From the NCBI GenBank assembly GCA_047967505.1, contig CM106538.1: a stretch of DNA of 64,000 nt; one strand, written 5' to 3'. Shown one piece after another: positions 23,001 to 34,406 of this stretch. The notes beneath the pieces are model-generated. The model was not told the DNA's origin and made no database searches. It saw only the letters and a program-made list of their open reading frames with translations. The stretch is from Dipteris shenzhenensis (taxonomy: Eukaryota). A program made the position numbers and the translations under genes. Numbering within the stretch: position 1 is the first letter of the stretch; each line of letters starts with the position of its first letter.

Positions 23001-26000
23001 CTCTCCAATGCTATCAGTTTCTTGAACTTCATATTCTCTTAGTAGTCTTGGCATTGCTATGGGGACACTACCCCCCTGTGTAGTTCTTGACGTACTTTGG
23101 CACTTCTTAAAGATTAGCCTCTGATGGTGTTGAACTAGCTTGACATGTGCTATGGGTACTAGGTGGCATCGTATCATTCACCAATTTTTGAGGTCTTGTA
23201 GACTTTCTTTTTCTGAAGTCTCTTTATCAAGCTTCATCCACACGTGGCTTATACTTTCAAAACTTCTTATGTTGGGAACAGTGGGATAACTTTTCCACTA
23301 GCAAAGTATTCCCAAGTAAGGGTTCATTTGCTATGCATACTCCTTCAAGTCCATCAAGGGACCATTTAAGAGGAGGTGGCTCAGATTTTGAGAGAGCTAG
23401 CTTGGTAAGATACAATACGACAATCCTAGTTTGGATTCATTCAAACTCATTGAAGTGCTCAGCCTTGGCTTGGCAGCTATATCCTCCTTCAGCTTTCTTG
23501 CGGGATCTTCTACTATTATTCAACTTTAGAGTTTCAACTTTGGGAAGTTTGATAGCCATTAGAGCATGGAGAATGGCTAAGTCATTGTCAAAGACATGAT
23601 CTTCAAATTGAGCATTCTTGGCCTCAGTTTCAAGGTCCCAAGGAAAATCTGAGTCCTTATTAAAATGGATAGCTTCTTCTTTAGGTTCCCTATTCCATTC
23701 AAGATTCGCCATAAAGAATGGCATCTCTAGATCGATTGGTTCTTCATGTGTGAGTGGTGGATTTACCTGCATGACCTTAGCATCAATTTGCAAGAAGATG
23801 GGATCTAGTGAATGGCAGTTGTCAATGGTTGTCAATAGTTGCCAATGCTTAGATCCAATTATTGACTTTGCTTTGTGTATCACCCGCTATGGCATGCTAT
23901 TACAAGGGGCTGATTTGCTTGAGATCATCGTTGAAGAGGTTTCATCTAACGCTCTAGGCACGATTGGTTTTATTGCTCTTGTCCCCACATTGACTCTTAC
24001 TATGGTGTCATAATTTTGGATTGTGAGTCTATCAACTCCCCAATCATGGAGGATTGATGCTTCACCCAACCAAGGACGTCCCAAAAAGATTTGATAGGAT
24101 TTCTTGGGAAGATCCAAGATTGTGAATTGAAGAGAAAAGCAGACTGCTACTGTGACTTTAGTTGACATGCCATTCACTATTCCCAAGGGATTTGCACGTG
24201 AATCATCAACAAGACGTATGTTGAAATTAGCCTTTTGCATTGGTGGGAGACCCCATTCATCATAGATCTCCTTGGATAGTACATGTACACCTACTCCACC
24301 ATCTAGTATGGCTTGGACTTCATCATATGCCTTATGGATCAAAGGCATAGTGATGTTGTGTATGTCATCTCTCTCACCCATCCACACAAAGATATCTTCT
24401 ATGCCTTCCATAGGTGGAGGGGGATTTGCTAGTTCAATCCATCCTTTGAAACTCTCCCAAATATTGGGACAATTTCATAAGAGGATTCCAATGGGAACTG
24501 ACACAGGGCAATTGAGAATGCTAGAGAGTGTGGCTCCTTCGAGTTGGCATGGCGGTACATTACATTGTGGATTTTTTTGCTGGAGCAGAGGCTCGAGTAT
24601 AGTATCAATACTCTGTGGGGCTAAGTTAGGGATTGGATCCTGTGCTTACTTCTCAGCCTCAAATTGAGCTTTTTCCTTTTTCACCCATTGTTGAAGTGCC
24701 TAAAATCGAGCCTTCTCCACTTCTGCATTAGGGTTTGGAGGTTCTTTTATTTGAGGCTTGGGAGCTAATGTGAATGAGCTTGGCTACTCATTGCTTAGTG
24801 GAGGTAGAGACCTTATGCTTTCTTTTGAAGAGGTCGTCTTGATTGAATTGGAATATTAGGGCCCTTGGTGGCCTCTTTTTGCTAGCAAGTAATTACATTC
24901 ATAGGTCATGATAATATGCTTGCCGGCCCTAGACTTTGGCGGTCCACCCCAATAATGTCGATTGGGACATCAGGCTTAGGCTCATTTTGTTGTGGGACCT
25001 ATTTTTCATGGGATAATCCATACACGCATGGCCAATGCCACAATCTCTATAGAGTGGTTGGAAAGTAGCGGGGCTATCGTAATGAGGGCACTCTATGGTC
25101 CGATGATTCTCTCCACACCTGTAGCACTTGACGATATGTGTTGGGACAAAATTGATTTGCATAGATTGATATTAAACCTTCTGCTCCTTCCACATAGTAC
25201 ACTAGGTACTCAACTTCATACTCGAATGGTGAATCCAGTTCCTCGGCTTGAAGTTATTGTATTGGAACTGCCGGAGGAGCTAGATTTGGCACTCTTGGAT
25301 ATGGTCATGGATTTGGATTCCTGAGTAATTGCGAAACTTGGGTCCCGAACAGGAACAAGATTCAGCCTAGTAGCTAGGGGTGCTTGTGCAAGTGCTAGTT
25401 TCCTGTACACTGGGATGGGTGCCGATTGGTATTGTTGAGGTCGAGGCGGGTTGTTGTGCATGTTGAAGATGCAACTATTTTCATCATGGCCACCGACTAC
25501 GCAAATATGGCACCACAACCTCGGAAGTGGCTTTGCTTGTGCAATGATCCTAGCTCTTAGGACCAAGCATTCATTTGTTATATGATTGGCCATGTAGTGT
25601 GGACACCATACATTTTCTCACTGTTGATAAGTCTCAGGTGGCAGCTGAGACATGTGAAGCTTTTGTTCCATGGCCTACATCATTTCTTCTCTTAGCTTCA
25701 TGGTCATGGTAGGCTAGGTGATTTTCATTAGAAATTTCGGTAATGGACTTGGATTTTCCCTTTTTAGAGTGCTTATCTCATGCACTAGCTCTTCCATCGT
25801 CACTGCTGGTGTCAGAGCAATGTCTTTGTGGATTTTCTTTCTTAGGCTTGCAAAATGAACCAGGCCATGAGGTACTTAGCATCGGAGCATGGGTCACATT
25901 TGGCAATTAAGTGTTTCATCTTGCCCAGGTACATGCATACATCTTCTTAGCGATCTTGTTCAAACTTGCTTAGTTAGAGAGTAGGATAATCTTGTAGTCT

Positions 26001-26469
26001 CTCCTTTTGAAAGTGCCTCTTGAATTCAGTTTGCAGCAAGTCCCATGTGGCTCTTTCTTCCACTAGGAGGTCTAGGTACCATTTTGAGGCTTCATTGGTT
26101 AAGGCCATGGGGAACCAGGTAACTTGGTTTCATTGGATTGGTCTCCTCAGCTCAGCATGCGGCATCGAAATGTTGGAGGAATCTTGCTGGATTGCCATAA
26201 CCATTGTATTTGGAAAGTTTGAGTTTGCCCAAGGGGCACCTGCCTTGATTGTTATTGTTGAGGCCAAAATTGTTGCGAGGGTTAAAGAAATTGTTCCCCT
26301 CTGCTTCGAGTTCAAGTTCCCCATCATTGCGACGACGATCTTCCATGTCATGTCTTGGAGGAGTCAAAGGAATTGGCTGAATTTCAGGGGGGAACTCATG
26401 GCAAAGGGTTGTGAGAGGTGTTGCATGCAGATTTGGCGCTAGGCTTAACGGGTGCCTCTGCCGTTGCAA
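20076..26469 (-). pseudogene. gag-pol: gypsy gag-pol remnants (gag-PR-RT-RH-IN)
   Basis: ORF fragments ending at 26469, 25593, 25162, 24411, 22832, 21624, 21373 and 20297, in gypsy order. Confidence 0.88.
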
Positions 26470-26879
26470 GTGCGGGGGTTGATGTAGGTGTGCTAGGGAG
26501 GGTTAGAGATGCGTTAGTATATAGGGACCATCATGTTAATAGTGTTCCTAGGATTGTCCCACATGAGTAGGAAAATGTGCCGATGCAGACGCATCCTCAA
26601 TCAGAGGTCACGGTAGAGATTTATGACCGAATTAGTGTGAAAAGGGGCCCACACGAGGGTGCAAATTAGTGAGTGCTAGGGATGCCAAAATGTTGTGCAA
26701 TGGGCTGGAAAATTTCCCTTTAGTGTGGTGTTTCCATGTGTGAAACGGTGGCTCAAATGAGGTTCAATTTGTCTACCAATGGATGAGTTTCGATGGGTTT
26801 AAGTCAGGGTAAAATGTGGCCTTTTTTTGTAAGGGGGGGTCCCTTGGCGTTAATCCTGGTGTGAATGGGCTTTATGGTA

Positions 26880-27240
26880 AACTAGGTTAAGTTACTCTAA
26901 CCTACTAGTTAGTCTAACTATCTAGTTGTGGAACTAAGATAACTGGCAGTTCTAACCTAACTGTTATACTAATTGTGCTAACTATTCTAGTTCCACTAAC
27001 TAGGCAGTTGGTCTAACCTAATTATAAGCTAGTTAACCTATGAATCTAACTAGTCTAGTTAGGCTAACCTAACCAAAATGTAACTAACACACCCTAGGTT
27101 ATCCTAACCTAATTGTAGGACTAACTAACTAGAGTTAGTTAAACTAACTGAGCAAGAGTTAATTCTAATCTAACCTGAGGCTAACCTAACCTAGTATAGT
27201 TATCCTACTAGGGTTAGTAGTAGGGTTTGGTTAGGTTTAG
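26880..27240. repeat. Degenerate CTAAC/CTAG/GTTAG short-motif array
   Basis: Dense repetition of ctaac, ctaact, tagtt and ctag motifs on both strands. Confidence 0.7.
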
Positions 27241-27564
27241 TGTGTTTTTCTTGGTTGAAAAAAAGGGGGGGGGGGGGGGTCGAGGGGTGGGGAGTGGAGA
27301 TGGAGGGGAGGTGTTGGGGCAGAGCAGAGGGGGAGGTGGAGGCAGGAGTGGCTGAGCAGGAGGTGCCACGAATGGGCACAAGAGTGAGAGGTAGGCATTG
27401 CCTACATGGTGGGCACCGATGCCCTATGCTGGCGGTTTCACCTTGGGCGGGCCGCCATCGGTGGAGTTGGGGTGGCAAGCAAGAGACACCACTGCTCTGC
27501 GGGCGGCGGGCTGTGCCGCTGGCCCTACAAGCCCTTAGGGCCTAAGGGCCCTTAAAGGAGGCAT

Positions 27565-27925
27565 AGGGAGGGGTGAAAGGGGGGGGGGACGGGTGGGTGG
27601 AGGAGAGGGGGTGAAAGGGGGGGGTGGAGAGGGAGGAGGGGGGGGGGAGGGAAGGGGGGGGGGCGTGGGGTGGGGTGGGGTGGGGTGGGGTGGGGGGTGG
27701 GATGGGATGGGGGGTGGAGGTGGAGGTGGTGGTGGTGGACGGGGGGGTGTGGAGAAAGAGAGGGGGGCATGGAGAGGGAAGGGGGGGTGGAGAGGGAGGG
27801 CGGGGGGGGTGGAGGGGAGGGGAGGGGCGGGGGGTGGAGAGGGGGGGGTGGAGAGAGGGGGGGAGGGTGGAGGGGGAGGGGGAGGGGGAGTGGTGGAGAG
27901 AGCAAGGGGGGAGGTGATGGTGGAA
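27565..27925 (+). repeat. Extreme G-rich low-complexity tract (G-quadruplex-prone)
   Basis: Dozens of G3-G9 runs including (GGGGT)n. Confidence 0.9.
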
Positions 27926-28567
27926 ACTTGATGGACAAAAATATTTGATGGAAATTCAAAGGGAGGAGGAGATGGTCACTTGCGACACTCTCCAAGTCTT
28001 TCTCGATGTAACAGGATTGTTGATGGCGAACGGATGGTGGGTGGATGGCTAGGTTATCGCTGTGACAAGGGCTCAAAATAACTCACCATGTGAGGATGGG
28101 AGTAGGGTGGTGGTTGATGGAGAGGGAGGAGGGTCTTGCGTAGGGCTTGGAATGGGGAAGAGGATGGAGGCTAGATGTGGAAGAAGAAGAATGAGGGGGT
28201 GGAGTGTGTTTTTATAGGAATGGGTATAGGGTTAGGGTTCAACCCTAAACCCTTCTCAGGCCATAACTTTTCATGGTTAGCTCGGATCGATCTTCTGTAA
28301 AAAAGTGAAATGTTCCAAATTTTGAGCTCTTTGTATTGGTGTCCATTACCTAGCCTGATTTTTTATTCAAGTGGCTTCTTTTTTAGAAATATAGAAAATT
28401 TAATAAGTTAGTAACCCAAGGTTGATGCTTGAGGTCAACATATGTTTGGCTAGAGTTGGAAAAAAAATTACTCTCCTTGCCCTTGAGTGTTATGTTCGTG
28501 AAAGTTCATAGTAGTTTGTTTTTTACACATACTTGCATATGTTTACTCGTTACTTGAGATGCTAGTC

Positions 28568-29640
28568 TCCCTGGCAATGGTGCCAAATGTTGGCTCTTTC
28601 CCATGACTTCTATAGGAAGAGCAAGGTATTCTCAATATGCAGGGTTCCAAGGCTTTTTGTCACCTACAGATATATCGGTGTCATTATTTGTAATATAAGT
28701 GTAGCTTAGGACCTCGGGTCATATTCCGATGAGAGACGTAGGCTTTAGTGTGGTAAGAAAACATAGATCATGCATGTCTAAAAGGGACATGCATCATCAT
28801 GATTGGGGTAATGAAGGCTTTTGCCTTCATTGGAAGTTGAAGGGTTTAGGAGGAGTTTAAGGGTTAGAGGGAGATGAAGGATTTAGAAGGAGGTTCCAAG
28901 GTTCAAAAAGAGGTTCCAGGGTCCAAAAGAGGTTAAAGGGTTAGAAGGAGGGTCCGAGGTTCAAGGTAGAGTACATGGTGGAGACCTCATCTCCCTCGTA
29001 GATCATGGAGGTCAAGGGTTGAGGGACTAAGGGTTTAGGGGGAGCATAGAAGTAGGAGAGGAAGAAGGTGTAAGAGCATGGGAGGGAAGGAGAGAGAGGA
29101 AAAGGGAGGAGAAGAAGGGAGGAGGAGGGAGGAGGAGAGGGGAGGAGGAGAGGGGAGGAGGAGGGAGGAGGAGGAGAAGGGAGGAGGAGGGAGGAGGAGG
29201 AGGGAGGAGGAGAGGGGAGGAGAAGGGGGGAGGAGAGGGGAGGAGAAGGAAGGAGGAGGAGGGAGGAGAAGGGAGGAGGAGGAGGGAGGATGGAGGACGA
29301 GGACAAAGGAGAAAGGACGAGGAGGAGAGAGGAAGAGGAGGAGGAGGAGGAGGAGGAGGAGTTGGAAGGTTAGGACATGCTTTTGGACGTGGAGTGCAAG
29401 GAAGCATGGACACCTAGAGACAATTGCTTGGAACACCAAAGTAGAACTCAACACAATGCCCTAAAGAGTGTTGGGCTTCATTCCATTATGAGGTATTTAT
29501 ACAATTTGGAGAGCTTCTCTCTTTGCATGTAGGAATTGTAAGACATCCTCCCTCTACATGTAGAACTTGCATGTAGAATTTGCATGTAGGAGTTGCAAGT
29601 TGCATGTAGGAGTGGCAAGTTATTAAGAAATGGTGTATCA
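28568..29640 (-). mobile_element. Athila-like PBS plus 5' LTR of another gypsy element, whose leader was interrupted by the 18400-28440 element
   Basis: Minus-strand ..CCAACA-TT-TGGCACCATTGCCAGGGA (28568-28585) resembles the Athila tRNA-Asp PBS TGGCGCCGTTGCCGGGGA. TATAAATA on minus at ~29494-29501. The outer LTR end is uncertain. Confidence 0.6.
29075..29360 (+). repeat. (GGA)n / polypurine low-complexity tract
   Basis: Almost purely A/G over ~280 bp. Confidence 0.9.
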
Positions 29641-29649
29641 AAAGTTAGG

Positions 29650-30160
29650 ATTGTCAAAATCTAAGGAAGGAGTGTTATGAAACAGAGGTTGGTAATGTAA
29701 ATAAACTAAGGAAGGATTTATAAAAAATTTTAATCCATAGTGCATGTGTGTAGAAAATTGTGTAGGGGCATAAAACGGGGGAAGGGGGTTTGTGTGCATG
29801 TGTGTGTCTGTGCACGTGCATGCATGCATGCATGTGTGTATGTGTGTGTGTGTGTGTGTGTGTAAACAAATGGGGGCAGAGAAACAAATAGCAAATTCCA
29901 ATGAAATCAAAATGCTTAAGCAGTCAAAATATTCCTTCTAAGGAAGGAGTTTCAAAAAAAGGAGGTTGGTAGTGTAAATAAACTAAGGAAGGATATATAA
30001 AAATACTTAAATCAAAAGTGCATGTGTGTAGGAAATTATGTGTAGGGGCAAAGGGGGGGGGGAGGGGGTTTGTGTGTGTATCTATGTGTCTGTGTTTGTA
30101 AACAAATGGGGGCGGAGAAACAAATATAAATATTGTAAATAGCAAATTCCAATGAAAACA
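29650..30160 (+). repeat. ~270-bp imperfect tandem duplication containing (TG)n
   Basis: CTAAGGAAGGAGT..GTAAATAAACTAAGGAAGGA..GTGCATGTGTGTAG..GTAAACAAATGGGGGC..CAAATTCCAATGAAA occurs twice. Confidence 0.8.
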
Positions 30161-30526
30161 AATTATAAATTTAAATAGTAAAAACGCCTTACATTTTCAA
30201 TTAAAGCCCATGGTTGGTTTTACAGTTGTTAATAAAAATTTAAGAAGGGGGTTTCTTCATATATATATATATATATATATACTGCCAATTATTAATGTAG
30301 GAGAGGAAAAAAGTCAATGTTAGTATTCTAAGTGTAGCGTTAAGGTTTATCAAGCTACTTATTGTGGGTGTATGTGTATACGTGTTTAAAAAGATACACC
30401 ATCATGTAAACATGCCAAATTACCAAACCAAAGGTAAGGGGATAAGCTTAGGTTAGGGAGTCAAGTTTAATTGGTTAGGGTTGGGGGGGAGGTGTGGCTC
30501 ATAAGTGTGAGTCTATCAGAGAAAAT

Positions 30527-30529
<3 letters not shown>

Positions 30530-30595
<66 letters not shown>

Positions 30596-30616
30596 AAATG
30601 TGTGTGTGTGTGTGTG
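30530..30616. repeat. (GA)n followed by (TG)n microsatellites
   Basis: Read directly from the sequence. Confidence 0.95.
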
Positions 30617-31083
30617 TTGTGTTTGTGTGGCCCACCCCCACCCTAGAGGGTAAGACCACGAGGTGGGGAGTAAGCCCACTATGTGGAACTTACTCCCCAC
30701 CTAAAAGAATGCTAAGGGATATGTACAAGGTAGAAATTTTTCCAAATTAATGCCATAAGTAGTTGCAAATTCCAAATTCATAAGAGGAGGATCCAGTGTT
30801 TTTGCACAAGAAACCAATAGTTAGAATTCAAAGGAAAGAGTAGCCATTACTAAACTAAAAAATGATTGTATGGTACTAGCCCCCGACCAAGGGCTAGTTG
30901 GGAGATCAATGTGTATGTTTAAATTTAATAGCCTCATCAATAAATGGACCATACAATCGATTCAGTCCTAGAATAGCTTTAAAACATTAATTAAAATCTA
31001 TTTAAATATGGAGAATAAATACTTTAAGAACTCATATTTAGTTTAATTTCAAATGTATAATTATAGCCAAGCCCCAATAGGGT

Positions 31084-31519
31084 TACAAAAATCAGTATAC
31101 AAGTGTCGAATCCATCAGGTAGTCCAAGATCCAAGGTCAAGGTCCACTTATCTGGCTACCATCCAAATAAACCATATGTTAGAACAATATAGCTTAATTT
31201 GATAGGTAATGCATGTGCTCCCTAGCTTGTTATTTCTTTACCTAGGAACAAAGAGCTCCTTGCATATTCTAAGGTTAAAAATTTCCCAAAGAATGCAAAA
31301 CATCATGAGGGGTGTAGTCCACACCCAAGAATGAATATGCAACATTAGATAATTAATTAAGGGGGTTAATCCACTTTCATTTATGGACAGTTAATGAAGG
31401 GGGGAAATATGCATCCCTTAAGGACAATTAACTAATGAAGGGGGTTGTCTAACTCAAGCATGCATATAAAAAACTAATTAATGAAGGGGATTATCCACAT
31501 CCCTTAATTAAATTAACGA
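31084..31519 (-). repeat. Right arm of the long imperfect inverted repeat (partner 16703-17020), with extra subrepeat copies at its outer end
   Basis: Reverse-complement match to 16703-17020; three or four TAAT(G/T)AAGGGG subrepeats at 31350-31519. Confidence 0.85.
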
Positions 31520-31704
31520 GTAACATGACCCGTCTATGATGGGTTGGAGACTCGTTCTGCTGGGTCTTAAGGTGGGATCTTAAAATTTTTTTAATTTCTA
31601 AAAATATGAAAACCCTAGAAGATATGATTGCATGACTACATGGTACCCCTCTCCTTCTAGAAGGACCACATCATGTGTTCTTTTCTCAAAAGAGGTGTGT
31701 ACTC

Positions 31705-31740
31705 GGTGTGCATGCACGTGTGTGTGTTCATGTGCATGTG

Positions 31741-31779
<39 letters not shown>

Positions 31780-31863
31780 ATGTGCATGTGCATGTGTGTG
31801 TGCATGCGCGTGTGCATGTGTGTGCACATGTGCGTGCGCACATTTGTGCGCATACAGGCGGGC

Positions 31864-31929
<66 letters not shown>

Positions 31930-31940
31930 CACACACACGC
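31705..31940. repeat. Compound (TG)n/(TGCA)n alternating purine-pyrimidine microsatellite
   Basis: Read directly from the sequence. Confidence 0.95.
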
Positions 31941-32229
31941 AAAGGGACAGTTGCTAGGCACAATGGCGCTTCCAAGTAGAGCCATGCTAGGAAATTAAGA
32001 GGAGGCTATGTTGCAAAATAGAGGAAGGAATGGAAGCGAGAGGAGGTGCAAAAGTAAATGCATGAGTTACGACATGCATATATATAGATAAGGTTGAGAG
32101 GAGATGATGGGTTCAAGGCATTTTGTGTTAATGGAGAGTTGTTTTGCAAAGGAGTTCCCATGTAGGTGAGTAGATGCTGGCAATGAAGATTCCAATAAAC
32201 ATTATTCAACCAAGCATAAGGTTTTACAC

Positions 32230-33927
32230 CTGCACCACCAACGTCCACATCTACAATAGATACTACCATTGCCCAAGCACAGGAAGAATGGGACAAGAAA
32301 GACAAATTTGGTGCTTGGATAACTCAACATAGTGAAGACATCCAAAGAAGCATGGGATATGTTCACAACTCTTTATGAGTATAAAAACACATCCACGATT
32401 CTCACACTGATAAAAAAAATCAACAAGAGTTTCTGCAACAGCAATGAAACTGGTTATGCTTATGTACTTAAGATTAATGATTACAACAATCAACTAGCAA
32501 GAGAGACTATGAATCTTGCAGAGATGGTTCAAGTCATCCTGAATGGACTAAGAGAGGGATACAAGAATCTAGTCTAGAGTATAGCCATTCAACAACAAAT
32601 TCCAACATTGGAAGAGTTACAATCAATGTTACTTGGTGAAGAACTCAAGACTCAGGCCATTTAAGCACGCAAAGGTAATTTTAATGATAAAGCATTCACA
32701 ACTTCAGACATAGGTAAAGGCATAGGCATAGGTAGAGGTAGAGCATCTCAGAGAATTGGTCATCAACGTCAGCATTAGCATCCAAGAGGAAATCATTCCA
32801 ACAGAGGAGGATTTCAAGGAAGAGGGAATGCATCCACCATCGTGTCAAACATTCAATGCAACTACTATCATTAGTTTGGACACTATGAAAGAGATTGGTG
32901 CAAGGAGTAGTACGACTAAGGAGGTCAATCTAGTAACAATCAAGAGAATTCTATGGAAGAGGAAATCACCATGGTGGACATTCAAGTCATAGTCATCATG
33001 CTAATGAACCTTAGAATATGTATCTTGCAAGTGAGGATATGCAGAAGATTGATACAATGTACATTGACATTGATTGCAATTCCAAAGCATCAAGAATGGT
33101 TTACATAGATGAAAGCATTAGAAGGACACAAGAATGTTATCTATACGATAGATAACACATCGAATCCAATTCAAGGGAAAGACGTTGTCCCTATGAACTA
33201 TTCCACTCGTACGAAAGGATCAGTGAAAGATATACTCTACATTCCAAAGCTTAGCAAGAACCTCTTGTTAGTTTGGCAAATGACAAAATACAATTACAGA
33301 GTCATCTTCGATGGAAATGAATGCATAATTAGAGATAAATCCTGAGGATATCAGCTAGTAAGAAAAGCAGTCAAGTAAGGACGCTTGGCATGAGAGATAT
33401 GGGCATGTCAATTTCAAAAGGTTGATGCAACTACGAAATCAAAATATGGCAATTGGAATTTTGAAGCTCCACTTTCTTGGAAAAGTTTGCCAAGCATGTT
33501 GCTTCAGTAAACAAAAGAGAACCAATTTTGGCAAAATCACCTCTCGAGCAAGAGGTATTTTTGATTCGAAAATCACATTGCAACATTGTGATAACAAAGA
33601 GAATGTTGCATACATCTTTACCAAAGCACTTGGAAAAGAGATTTTTGAGAAACACCACAAGCTCTTAGTTTGACTTAGAGGAAGGACATTCCCATTAAAG
33701 GGGTGTGATGGAATGTAATATTCAGTCCTTCTTCTATTCCCCATAATCATCATCTTGAGGGAAGGCCTACTTCATGATGTTGATCTTGAGGGAAGGCGTT
33801 GAGGATTCATTTCAACATCATGTGATCATATGTGCATAGCACTAATCCAAAAGAGTGCTAAAAAAGAAAGGGTTGGAAACCCTAACCCTAGCCCTAATCC
33901 TAACCCTAACCCTAACCCTAAGGTTTG
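32230..33927 (+). mobile_element. copia B copy B3, 3' piece: rest of gag, PR and IN-N remnants, large deletion, RH end, PPT and truncated 3' LTR
   Basis: IAQAQEEWDKKD and KTSKEAWDMF match B2 gag. At ~33570 the IN zinc finger joins directly to ITLQHCDNKENVA. PPT at 33788-33796 and an LTR from 33797 with (CCCTAA)n. Confidence 0.88.
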
Positions 33928-34406
33928 CCTATTTTGGTGCATTCTCTTATACATATTTTATCTATTCTACTTCATGTGCATGCTTTAGCTTTTATCTATG
34001 ATTCCCTTATGTGTTGCATACAAACAGAGCTATTTATCTTCCATGGTTGTGTGATCTATTGCAATTTTCAATCGTTCACTACAGGAAGTTGGCTGTGATA
34101 GTGATGTGAATGCAAGCATCCCAAGAGTAGAACAATATCTTCTATATGTCGTATATCTTGGGATGGAATGGACCTAGCATGTGGGTAGCAACAAGCAGGC
34201 TACCACTTGGGTACATGATAACTAAAAATGCTGACAAGCTATTAAAGTTCCAAAAATAAGGAAACTACAAAGGTTGAAAACAAAGTCACAGACGGCTATC
34301 AAGCACCATCTATATACATTGCAAGCAATTTGTTAGATCCTAGTCTCAAGAGCACATACCTCCAAGGTCTTACTCTATCGCCCTCCCTCATTCATTGTAG
34401 TCTTTT

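Larger units (their letters stand above)
18400..28440 (-). mobile_element. Ty3/gypsy (non-chromovirus-like) retrotransposon, decayed; putative 5' LTR 26692-28440, no 3' LTR found
   Basis: gag (KLSKYNGYGNPARFLQHF, 26152-26469) with several knuckles; protease ILDGGVGVH..IFLGRPWL (23887-24411); RT WVLPIIIVPK..DHYPLP and FLDD; RH NHQALLYL; integrase W(G)IDFVGP and GQGPY. PBS-like TGGCATCCCTAG at ~26677-26688; candidate LTR with TGTTG..CAACA ends and a TATA-like site at ~28210. The left boundary is approximate. Confidence 0.85.

Noticed and set aside
27552-29464. Pro/Gly/Glu/Ser-rich ORFs (extensin-like)
   Set aside because: They are open in several frames on both strands because of G- or GGA-rich low complexity, and they lie in LTR-like DNA.
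31598-31998. HT/CV-repeat ORFs
   Set aside because: They are translations of (TG)n/(CA)n microsatellites.
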